Assembly (NCBI GenBank): GCA_046881885.1
Contig: JBKSMP010000006.1
Coordinates: 50,273-82,272, forward strand
Origin: Opitutales bacterium
GTDB taxonomy: Bacteria > Verrucomicrobiota > Verrucomicrobiia > Opitutales > UBA9783
Reading direction: 5' to 3'
Length of the DNA stretch: 32,000 nucleotides
Shown here: positions 1 to 7,771 of the stretch, piece after piece
Layout: every line of letters begins with the position of its first letter
How positions within the stretch are numbered: the first letter of the stretch is position 1
Notes under the pieces: generated by a model
What the model saw: only the letters and a program-made list of their open reading frames with translations
Database searches by the model: none
Told to the model about the DNA's origin: nothing
Made by a program: the position numbers and the translations under genes

Positions 1-542
1 TGATCAAAAAAAATATTATTGGAATTCTAGCGTTAATAGCATCAAATACTATTTGTTCTGCTGACATTTATAAAGATTATCATGAAGCATCAAAAACTAT
101 TACGAAGAAGATTTTGAATGATGAAGATCTACTATCTTTTTCGAAAAGTTTTCGTATAGAAGATGTTACGAGTTTCTTTGAAAATATGATTTTAGCTTCT
201 CATGCTTTAAACAGAAAAGATAAAGCTCTATTGGATGCTGCATTAAACAATTTTGCCCCATTGTTTGAAAAACCTCATTTATTAAAAAAATGTTTTAACA
301 GTTTTTGTACATTGTTTGGGCATAGAAAATATGCTAGACATTTATCCTTAGCAGCAATACGTAGTAACGCTAAAGAAATTAATATATTTATCTATTTGTG
401 CAAGAAAATGGTAGAATCAACAATGTTAAATTTGCCTGCAAATATTGCTGTAATTATTGAAAATTACAAAAAAGATATAAAACTCTCTAAAGAATTTGGT
501 TTGGAATATGATTATGATGAGCAAATAAAAGCTTTGAATTGA
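1..542 (+). CDS. Small secreted helical protein with an acidic EYDYDE motif near the C-terminus; the 5' end lies at or just beyond the window edge
   Basis: Frame 3 is open from nt 3 to the TGA at 540-542; the ORF track lists it only from the internal TTG at 114. Translation from nt 3 reads IKKNIIGILALIASNTICSA/DIYKDY, a Sec-type signal peptide. Nt 1-2 are TG, so an A just left of the window would give ATG-ATC-AAA. No catalytic motif was recognised. Confidence 0.5.
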   Translation, partial: IKKNIIGILALIASNTICSADIYKDYHEASKTITKKILNDEDLLSFSKSFRIEDVTSFFENMILASHALNRKDKALLDAALNNFAPLFEKPHLLKKCFNSFCTLFGHRKYARHLSLAAIRSNAKEINIFIYLCKKMVESTMLNLPANIAVIIENYKKDIKLSKEFGLEYDYDEQIKALN

Positions 543-617
543 GATTTTTATAAAATCTGTATTAAAATTTAGCATTATAAAGTGAACTAAAAACCGATAT
601 GTATGCTTTTATGAGAA

Positions 618-2387
618 ATGAAAAAATTATTTTTTATCTTTGAATTATTTATTCTTCAATTTTGTTTTGCAAGCGATTGGGAAAAGCTATTTTTTTCAGA
701 TGATGAGTCTATTTTCATGGAAATAGAAGATACGGATAAAGGAGAGGAGGATAATATAAACAATTTTGTAATGCCTGTTTATCCTCTTCAATGTAATAAT
801 GACTTAGTTTTTTATTTTTTCAACACAGGACAAGGTAATTGTACTTTAGTAAAACAGGGGGACAAAGCTTTGTTAATTGATTGTGGCGGAAGCAGTGCAA
901 TAGCTTTTGATAAAACTTTTACGAAATGTTTAGGAGAAGCTCTTATTGAATGTGTCATTATTACTCATCCTCATGCTGATCATTGTAATTTTTTACAAAA
1001 AATTTCACAAGAGCATTTTTCTGAAGAGGCTTGTTTGATTATTGGTGGACCAAGTGAATGGGAAGCAGACGAAAAAGGTAAGAAGATTAAAAAAGATATA
1101 AATGTTTTTGTTAACGCTTTCGGTAACATTTTCAAAAACAAGTGTTACATTTCTGATGATGGAATAGTATATAAAGTAGGATCGCCTCTTTGTTTTTGTA
1201 TACCAAAATTAGAAAATTTTTTGAAATATTTATTCAAAGGAGTCGAATTTAATTTCCTAAGATTTGGTAATGAGTTATTCGATAAAAGTGATTTAAATTC
1301 TTATTCTTTAGTTTTTAGCATAACTTATAAAAACAATAGTATTTTATTTACAGGGGATTCCACAGGTGATGCTTTTGATAGGTTTCTAAGTAAAAAGCGA
1401 AAGAAAGTTTTTCAAAAGTATCTTGTTCAAAGAAATAAGAAAATAATTAAGAATATTAATATTTTTGTTATGCCCCATCATGGTACAGACACTGAGAGTA
1501 GTTGGTATTGGACTGTTCGTATTAATAAGATCAATCATTTTAATTTAGTTGGTGCAATTGTTTGTGTTCATCCCGCTACCTCTCCTTATGGGCATGCAAG
1601 ACGTTGGGTAAGAGACTTAAGGTTCCCTCCGTATGCGCGTATGCCTAAAGGAAATCGATTTATTGGTTATAATATAAAAGGTAAAAAAGGAAGAGGTGCT
1701 AACACTTATGATCGTTTTATAAAAGAAACTAAAAATAGACTGTATGAAACAGGGCTTTTTACTTATGGGATTGTTCTTGTTTTTTCAGAATCAGGTAAGA
1801 TTCATATTTTGAATTCTCCGAATGATACAAATCTTACACATTTGCCTAAAAATGGTGAAGAGAAAGATGATATGGGTAGCGAACCACAATATCCTATTGT
1901 TTCAGTTGGGCAAAATCATGAAACTTTTGACGTTCCCAATGATGGTAATTGTGGAGTTTGGGCTATTATGGCAAATTTAAACGATATTCATTTTAAAGAA
2001 GCAACAAATAGTATGGGATATCGTATAGCAACAGCAACCGAGAAACAATATGAGGCTATGAATGTCCTGCGCCAAGAAGTTGCAGCGCAAATTGAAGAAG
2101 AAACACAACAAAAATCGCGTATAAAGGGAGATAGTACATTTCGTAGGCAAAATACTGAAGAAACTATAAATCTTGACTATTGGCTTCAGTTGGAAGATTT
2201 CGGCATTTTTGCAAAATACTTTAACCGTCCTATTGTAATACAAATAGGAATGGGCCAGGCAATTCGGTATGAAGCAGATGGAAGTATATCAGGTTTTGCT
2301 CCATTTGATCAACTGCTTGCTGATGATTCCATTTTGATTTATTATGATGGGCAGACTCACTATCAAGCCATTAAAAGGAAAGAGTAA
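618..2387 (+). CDS. Secreted two-domain enzyme: ComEC/Rec2-type metallo-beta-lactamase-fold hydrolase fused to a C-terminal OTU-family cysteine protease (deubiquitinase-like)
   Basis: N-terminus MKKLFFIFELFILQFCFA looks like a signal peptide. MBL motifs present: FFNTGQGNCTLV, LLIDCGG, THPHADH (HxHxDH, nt 966-983), SILFTGDS, MPHHGT (nt 1470-1484). OTU motifs present: DVPNDGNCGVWA (Cys codon 1950-1952) and C-terminal YYDGQTHYQAI. Confidence 0.8.
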   Translation: MKKLFFIFELFILQFCFASDWEKLFFSDDESIFMEIEDTDKGEEDNINNFVMPVYPLQCNNDLVFYFFNTGQGNCTLVKQGDKALLIDCGGSSAIAFDKTFTKCLGEALIECVIITHPHADHCNFLQKISQEHFSEEACLIIGGPSEWEADEKGKKIKKDINVFVNAFGNIFKNKCYISDDGIVYKVGSPLCFCIPKLENFLKYLFKGVEFNFLRFGNELFDKSDLNSYSLVFSITYKNNSILFTGDSTGDAFDRFLSKKRKKVFQKYLVQRNKKIIKNINIFVMPHHGTDTESSWYWTVRINKINHFNLVGAIVCVHPATSPYGHARRWVRDLRFPPYARMPKGNRFIGYNIKGKKGRGANTYDRFIKETKNRLYETGLFTYGIVLVFSESGKIHILNSPNDTNLTHLPKNGEEKDDMGSEPQYPIVSVGQNHETFDVPNDGNCGVWAIMANLNDIHFKEATNSMGYRIATATEKQYEAMNVLRQEVAAQIEEETQQKSRIKGDSTFRRQNTEETINLDYWLQLEDFGIFAKYFNRPIVIQIGMGQAIRYEADGSISGFAPFDQLLADDSILIYYDGQTHYQAIKRKE

Positions 2388-2446
2388 AATTAATTCAAAT
2401 TAGAAATTGTTAAATTTATTATAAAACAATTTTGTATTTGATTTAA

Positions 2447-2647
2447 TCATTTCATTTTAAGTTTTTGTTGGCGAACTTAAGCATTGGTCATACGCTGATG
2501 ATATTCGATTTGGCGCAAAAGCATCAGTTAACGTTTTATGATGCATCTTATTTGGAGCTTGCAATAGAGTTAAAGCTTCCGCTTGCAACGTATGATCAAC
2601 AACTTATCGAAGCAGCAAAAGCTGAAGGCATTCCGCTTGTTGAGTAA
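2447..2647 (+). pseudogene. 5'-truncated PIN-domain (VapC-like) toxin remnant
   Basis: The translation ...MIFDLAQKHQLTFYDASYLELAIELKLPLATYDQQLIEAAKAEGIPLVE aligns with the C-terminal roughly 60 aa of the intact PIN protein at 13521-13934 (IDIFHNAQKYNLTFYDAAYLQLAIDKTLPLATYDKQLIYAAEQEGLQLLC). The N-terminal half with the first acidic residues, and any antitoxin gene, are missing. An in-frame stop lies at 2444-2446. Confidence 0.6.
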
Positions 2648-2804
2648 GTGTAGGTTTTAAATAATTCCTCTAGTCCAAGAGTTTTAAATAAGGATTAAAG
2701 ATGTCGATTTTTACAGTTAATTTCGACAAGTGCGTTTGCGTTTTGTGTACTTGTGGCATTTTCATGTGGACAAAACGTGAACATGATCACATAATTAACA
2801 TATA

Positions 2805-4103
2805 ATGGAACGATTGGCATTAAAACGATTAATTGAGTGGAAAGAGAAGAAGGAGAAAAAGCCATTGATTATTCAAGGTGCTCGCCAGGTAGGAAAAACT
2901 TGGCTTATGAAAACCTTTGGGGCTAGTTGTTACAAAAAAGTTGCTTATATTAACTTTACGAATAATCAAGAAGCACAACGCCTATTTGAAGCAAGCTATC
3001 ATGTAGAAAGAATAATTTCTGGATTAAGTTTGTTGACGGAAGTTGCGATTACCATTGAAGATACATTGATTATTTTCGATGAAATACAGGAATGCGAAAA
3101 AGCGCTTAATGCTCTAAAATTTTTTAACGAAAATGCGCCGCAATATGCGATTATCGCGGCAGGAAGCTTATTGGGAGTTGCCGTAAAACACAAAAAAATG
3201 TCTTTTCCAGTAGGACAAGTGGAATTTTTAAATCTCTATCCGTTAAGTTTTTATGAATTTTTAAAAGCACTTGGAGAAGATAAGCTTTTAGAAGTTATGC
3301 TCGATAAAAATGCAGCTTTATTGCCTGTCGTAAGTGATAAATGCATTCATTTATTAAAGCAATATTTCTATGTTGGCGGTATGCCAGAAGTAGTACAATC
3401 ATTTGTTAACGTAAGGGATTTTGAACAAGTCAGAGTCTTACAAAATCAACTCTTATTGGGGTATCAAGCTGATTTTTCAAAGTATACCGAAGGTTATGTG
3501 ATTCCCAAAATTCATGCGATTTGGGATTCTATTCCCGTTCAACTTGCCAAAGAAAACAAAAAGTTTGTGTACAAAACCTTAGGACCAACAGCACGTTCAC
3601 GAGACTATGAGTCTGCAATGGAATGGTTATTAATGTGTGGATTGGTTTATAAAGTAGCCAAAATCACGAAGCCAGCCATCCCATTGAGCGCTTACGAAGA
3701 ACCTATTTTTAAATTGTATACGATGGATTGCGGATTGCTATGCGCAAAAGCTTCATTAGACGCCAAAACAATTTTAGAAGGGAATCGTATTTTCGAAGAA
3801 TTTAAAGGCGCGCTTACTGAACAATATGTTTTGCAAACACTCAACTTATTTGAACGTTTTCATGTTTCTTATTGGGCCTCCAACCTAGCCGAAGTGGATT
3901 TTGTCATCCAGGCGCAAGGATCCATCATCCCGATAGAAGTAAAAGCCAGTACAAATTTGCGAGCCCGTAGCTTAAAATCCTATCGAGAAAAATATAACCC
4001 TACGATTGCCATTCGTACCTCTCTGTCCAATTTTGAACTCAATAACGGCCTTCATAATCTTCCGCTGTATTACTTGGAAACAAGACTAAAGGAGTTTAAG
4101 TAA
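2805..4103 (+). CDS. AAA+ ATPase of the COG1373 type (AAA_14 N-domain plus DUF4143-like C-domain)
   Basis: Walker A GARQVGKTWL and Walker B-like LIIFDEIQ are present. Length (432 aa) and layout match the paralogue at 9758-11032. The C-terminal EVDFVI...IPIEVK resembles a restriction-endonuclease-like fold motif typical of this family. Confidence 0.8.
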   Translation: MERLALKRLIEWKEKKEKKPLIIQGARQVGKTWLMKTFGASCYKKVAYINFTNNQEAQRLFEASYHVERIISGLSLLTEVAITIEDTLIIFDEIQECEKALNALKFFNENAPQYAIIAAGSLLGVAVKHKKMSFPVGQVEFLNLYPLSFYEFLKALGEDKLLEVMLDKNAALLPVVSDKCIHLLKQYFYVGGMPEVVQSFVNVRDFEQVRVLQNQLLLGYQADFSKYTEGYVIPKIHAIWDSIPVQLAKENKKFVYKTLGPTARSRDYESAMEWLLMCGLVYKVAKITKPAIPLSAYEEPIFKLYTMDCGLLCAKASLDAKTILEGNRIFEEFKGALTEQYVLQTLNLFERFHVSYWASNLAEVDFVIQAQGSIIPIEVKASTNLRARSLKSYREKYNPTIAIRTSLSNFELNNGLHNLPLYYLETRLKEFK

Positions 4104-4314
4104 ATAAGGCAAGAAACGCATATGTTATGCTTTTTGCGTCATAAGAGCGTACACGTGTCAGATTTTGTAGTTGATGTGTGTATGTTTAAAATTGCTTCTA
4201 TCTGATGCGGAGCAAAAAGGACCACGGGTTTACCCGTGGGTATCTATCTAACAGTTGTAAAGAAAACCATAGTGTTGCCTGTATTTTTCTACTTTTTGAA
4301 CCAACCTCTAAAAT

Positions 4315-4344
4315 AATGTTTGGCATTATTTAATGCCAAACATT
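4315..4344. terminator. Perfect 30-bp palindrome between convergent genes; candidate bidirectional terminator or protein-binding site
   Basis: aatgtttggcatta-tt-taatgccaaacatt has 14-bp perfect arms. It lies between the stop of 2805-4103 (+) and the stop of 4415-4909 (-). There is no long T-run, so terminator function is uncertain. Confidence 0.35.
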
Positions 4345-4414
4345 ACGAAAGAATACTCTCACTATAAAAATCGGATCGTAAAATAATACCTTTTACAATT
4401 TAAACCTCAAGTTT

Positions 4415-4909
4415 TTATTCGCAATCTTCGTCGTAATCATACTCTTCATCGTATGGATCACGTTCAAGATAAGCTAAATAATCTTCTTTTATAGTTTCTG
4501 GATTTCTACCCTCTTCTCGTAATTTTTGACAAAATTGCTCTTCTAATTTCGACCAATCAACTGCACTAGTAGTCTTTTTCTCTTCTACAAAAAATTTATA
4601 AAAATCAATACAAATGCGATACCCTTCTTCTAAGTTTTTAATAACATCATTTAAATACAACAAACATCTCACATAACATATTTTTTCTAAAAGACTTTCT
4701 TTTTTTTCCCAAGCAGGATAATTCAAAGAGAGTCCAAGTCGCTCTATTCGATGCTTTTGTTCTTTTAAAAAAGAAACTTCATTTGAAGAAAATTCCTTTT
4801 TTTCAACGAGTTCATTAATTTTTGTATAAAATTCATTTAACTCATTTGCCATTAAATAATTCATTAAACCTCCGATAAACAACACACACAAAACTTTCAT
4901 TTTTTTCAT
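4415..4909 (-). CDS. Small secreted helical protein with a C-terminal acidic EYDYDE tail
   Basis: MKKMKVLCVLFIGGLMNYLMA is a signal-peptide-like N-terminus. The rest is charged and helical in character and ends in DPYDEEYDYDEDCE. The gene is divergently abutted to the OTU gene at 4939. Confidence 0.6.
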   Translation of the reverse strand: MKKMKVLCVLFIGGLMNYLMANELNEFYTKINELVEKKEFSSNEVSFLKEQKHRIERLGLSLNYPAWEKKESLLEKICYVRCLLYLNDVIKNLEEGYRICIDFYKFFVEEKKTTSAVDWSKLEEQFCQKLREEGRNPETIKEDYLAYLERDPYDEEYDYDEDCE

Positions 4910-4938
4910 AACTTATAGGATTGCAAAAAAATTTAAAA

Positions 4939-6579
4939 ATGTCAATCCAAAGCGGTACAAATCTTGCTATACGAAGAGATGTGAAAAAATTAATCCTTCT
5001 TTTTATTTTTAAGATTTTTGTAGCATGCTACATGGGTTTAGCTTGTAAACAACCCGTTCAATTGCCGTTTGAGTGCTTAAGCGACTTACAAAAGAAAGTT
5101 CATTATTTTCTGTGTCGGCAAGCAACACAAGTCTATCATAGTCGTCTAAAAAATTATTTTACAGCAGCTCTTGTCTTTTACTTTAAAGACAATGTACAAC
5201 CGCTTGTTTTATGGATTAGCTCTGGTCAAGAAAAAGAAGATGATATAACAACAAATGGTTGTTTTATTTCTGGCCGGATAGGTACAAATGCCACAAAAGC
5301 ATTTAAAAGTCTACATAACACTTTGAATGAAGGTTTTAATGAGTCATGGACAAGTTTAAATACGTACATAAGCAGGTCCATACAGAATGTAAAAAAACAC
5401 CAAAAGGTCTTTACCAAATTTCGTCTAACAGACAGCGAAATGCAATTTTTACATACAATTACCAATCAAAGAAACACAGAAGAACAATTAGCATATTCTC
5501 ATGCAATCATACAATCAATTCAAAATTATCCAAACCTGCAATTGCATCATATAGAACTCCATGGATTTACGACGCGCGATATGTGTCCTTGTTGCTTTCA
5601 ACACCTGCAAAATTTTCTAATTCAAGCCAATACGCAACAAACAAATCCGACAACATTTTTCGGAAGTTTATTAACACAATTAAATAAAAGCAATATTCCT
5701 GTCAGTTTTTTTATCTCATCTTTAGTGGAATTAGGTCATAACGAATACGCATGTAGTCGGTATCCAAGCTATCATAATGCATGCAAAGAAAAAATTGCGA
5801 TAGCATCTGCTCCAAGTGAAAAAACAATGCATTGTATCTTTTTACGCCCAAACAGTGCTCCTTTGTTGTCACTTAAAGGGAAAGAAACACAACAAAAACA
5901 AAAAATGGTTATAAGCACTGCAAACACTATTTTTTCCGAAACTAAAAAAATACAACAAGAAAATCCAAAACCAGGTGTCGAACAAATGCAATTGGGCAAT
6001 TTTAAACTAAAAAAAGACTCGGAATGTAAAACACGTATTATCGTTATTGATTTAAGAGACATTAATTTAGGAACTCAACCTGTAAGTCAAACTCCAGAAA
6101 CACTTACAATCGCCGGCCAACAATTCAGATTGCATGATGTCCCAAAAGATGGGAATTGCGGCTTTTGGTCTATTTTAGTTGCAAAAGGAGAGATTTCACA
6201 AGAAGAATTAGATAAATTAATGAGTGTTTGGGAAAAAATAAAAAGGGGAAAAAGATACTACCCTAATTGGAGTGAGTGTTCCGAAAATTTTTTGAATGAA
6301 GAACCAGAAATTGTTGAGAAAATGGTAAATTTGCGTGCGGATTGCGAATTGAACAATCTTGGAATTTGGATGGGAAATGATAATTTACAACAAATTTCAG
6401 GAGTAATACAAAGGCCAATTATACTTGTACAAAGGATCAAAAGATCACTTGCATACACTCTTTATGATGAAAACAATGATGGTATAATTTTAAAAGTGCA
6501 AAACATTAAATATCATAATAATGCGATTTTTATTTATTATGCTGACAATCATTTTCAAGCGATAGTTCCAGAGAGGTAA
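4939..6579 (+). CDS. Secreted or membrane-anchored two-domain protein: N-terminal domain with an HxE/CPCC metal-binding-like signature plus a C-terminal OTU-family cysteine protease
   Basis: OTU motifs: HDVPKDGNCGFWSI (Cys codon 6157-6159) and C-terminal IYYADNHFQAI. The N-terminus after ATG 4939 is MSIQSGTNLAIRRDVKKLILLFIFKIFVACYMGLAC, a signal/anchor with a possible lipobox-like Cys. The track starts at TTG 4921. No good SD precedes either start, so the start is uncertain. Confidence 0.75.
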   Translation: MSIQSGTNLAIRRDVKKLILLFIFKIFVACYMGLACKQPVQLPFECLSDLQKKVHYFLCRQATQVYHSRLKNYFTAALVFYFKDNVQPLVLWISSGQEKEDDITTNGCFISGRIGTNATKAFKSLHNTLNEGFNESWTSLNTYISRSIQNVKKHQKVFTKFRLTDSEMQFLHTITNQRNTEEQLAYSHAIIQSIQNYPNLQLHHIELHGFTTRDMCPCCFQHLQNFLIQANTQQTNPTTFFGSLLTQLNKSNIPVSFFISSLVELGHNEYACSRYPSYHNACKEKIAIASAPSEKTMHCIFLRPNSAPLLSLKGKETQQKQKMVISTANTIFSETKKIQQENPKPGVEQMQLGNFKLKKDSECKTRIIVIDLRDINLGTQPVSQTPETLTIAGQQFRLHDVPKDGNCGFWSILVAKGEISQEELDKLMSVWEKIKRGKRYYPNWSECSENFLNEEPEIVEKMVNLRADCELNNLGIWMGNDNLQQISGVIQRPIILVQRIKRSLAYTLYDENNDGIILKVQNIKYHNNAIFIYYADNHFQAIVPER

Positions 6580-6600
6580 CCAAGGATAATCAACACAAGC

Positions 6601-7221
6601 TTATTCTTTATTAAGCAGCGACAAGCCTTTTTCGGTGTAACTGCCATTAGGAGTAACGTAGCTGTATAAGCAGGTGTAGCCGATGTTGTATTGTTTACAT
6701 AAGTCTTTTACGCAAACGGATCTATCTTTCATTTCGCTGGCGATGACTTTTAAGATGGGTTTGGTCATTTTTTGAGGGCGGCCACCGCAGCGACCTCGGG
6801 CTCGTGCAGCTTTTAGGCCAGCTAGAGTACGTTCACGAATAAGGTCACGTTCATATTCCGCCAACACGCTAAAGAGGTTAAACATTAATTTACCGCTTGG
6901 AGTTGTTGTGTCGATACGCCCCATGGTTGAATCTAATACTTTTAGAGCAATACGGTTATCGTTTAAATAGTTTATGATTTGATTGAGGTGCACAAGATTA
7001 CGGCCAAGTCGATCGAGTTTCCAGACAACAAGGGTGTTGCCAGGTTGTAAGGCTTTCAAGCAAGCTTCTAATCCCGGCCGATCTTCTTTTTTACCTGACG
7101 CAAAGTCTTCATAAATTCGTTTTGAGGAAACCCCTTCTTTTTGCAAAGCATCGAGTTGCAAATCTAAAAGTTGAGATCCATCATTTTTTGATACGCGCAC
7201 ATACCCAATTAAACCCTCCAT
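6601..7221 (-). CDS. Serine recombinase (resolvase/invertase family)
   Basis: N-terminal catalytic motif IGYVRVSKNDGSQ...QLDAL is present, followed by YEDFASGKKEDRPGL, LVVWKLDRLGRN and a C-terminal HTH-like region. At 206 aa the length is typical of small serine recombinases. Confidence 0.9.
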   Translation of the reverse strand: MEGLIGYVRVSKNDGSQLLDLQLDALQKEGVSSKRIYEDFASGKKEDRPGLEACLKALQPGNTLVVWKLDRLGRNLVHLNQIINYLNDNRIALKVLDSTMGRIDTTTPSGKLMFNLFSVLAEYERDLIRERTLAGLKAARARGRCGGRPQKMTKPILKVIASEMKDRSVCVKDLCKQYNIGYTCLYSYVTPNGSYTEKGLSLLNKE

Positions 7222-7329
7222 ATTTTTTTACACTAACTTAATGACGTATAGGGTCAAGCGGAAATAGATTTAAGTTAACAGAAACGAAAAGAATTTTTTA
7301 AGAATTTGCGAAAAATAGGTTTTGGGGAA

Positions 7330-7401
7330 AAGTTTTCAAAAAACGAGGGGTTTCTGAAAACTTGTTGAGGGTTCGAGGGAAGCTTTTTTCAAAAAGTTCC
7401 C
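7330..7401. promoter_or_regulatory. Two adjacent imperfect palindromes upstream of the recombinase gene; candidate recombinase-binding or crossover sites
   Basis: Site A, 7330-7363: aagttttcaaaaaac-gaggg-gtttctgaaaactt. Site B, 7377-7401: gggaagctttttt-c-aaaaagttccc. Site A loosely resembles the AAAAC-N2-GGTTTT core of hix/gix-type sites as I recall it. The half-sites do not share one consensus. Confidence 0.25.
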
Positions 7402-7771
7402 TTATAAAATGAGGCTGCTCGCTCCAAACCCCAGGCAAGAGTAGCCCTCCTGCACCGGCAGATTTTTTTTACTGCAAGTTATAAAAAGGAACATTAGGCA
7501 CGAAAAATGCTACGATAAGTGTTAGATCTTATGATGATCGAAAACATTTCGACTAGCCTAGCTAGCGTAGGCTCCACCCTAGGGGCCCTTGGATCAGATA
7601 ATAAAACTAGAATACATCCATCCTTAATGGTGCCAGCAAGTCCGTCAAGCACTTGCCTGGGTCTAATTGTAATAACATTCCTGCAAAACGTGTTCTCCAA
7701 GTTACCCTTATGCGGTATTTGGAGTTTGTAGGATCAATTTTAGTTTTAATTTTTTACTTTAAGGAGGTTTT

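Noticed and set aside
7268-7330. ACGAAAAG plus TTAAG and GGGG words are reminiscent of Tn3-family terminal inverted repeats.
   Set aside because: The order and orientation of the words do not match the GGGG...ACGAAAAC...GTTAAG layout on either strand, and there is no second copy in the window.
7364-7385. GGTTCGAGG resembles a tRNA T-loop (GGTTCGAnnCC), hinting at a tRNA fragment or att site next to the recombinase.
   Set aside because: The flanking bases cannot form the 5-bp T-stem, and no acceptor or anticodon arm can be built around it.
7425-7434. A 10-mer, ctgctcgctc, is shared in reverse complement with 14131-14140. Nearby cctgcacc words in both GC-rich spacers suggested att-like or repeat-element ends.
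   Set aside because: In 32 kb read on both strands, hundreds of 10-mer coincidences are expected by chance. The flanks do not extend into a consistent alignment in either orientation.
7494-7731. ORFs 7494-7700 (-) and 7519-7731 (+) lie in the GC-richer spacer upstream of the HExxH gene. I considered a transposase fragment or an ncRNA.
   Set aside because: The two ORFs mutually overlap and have no recognisable motif; I tried Tn3-type transposase C-terminal patterns from memory. They have no SD. I also could not fold a convincing conserved RNA by eye. The region is left as unexplained non-coding DNA and is mentioned in the recombinase finding.
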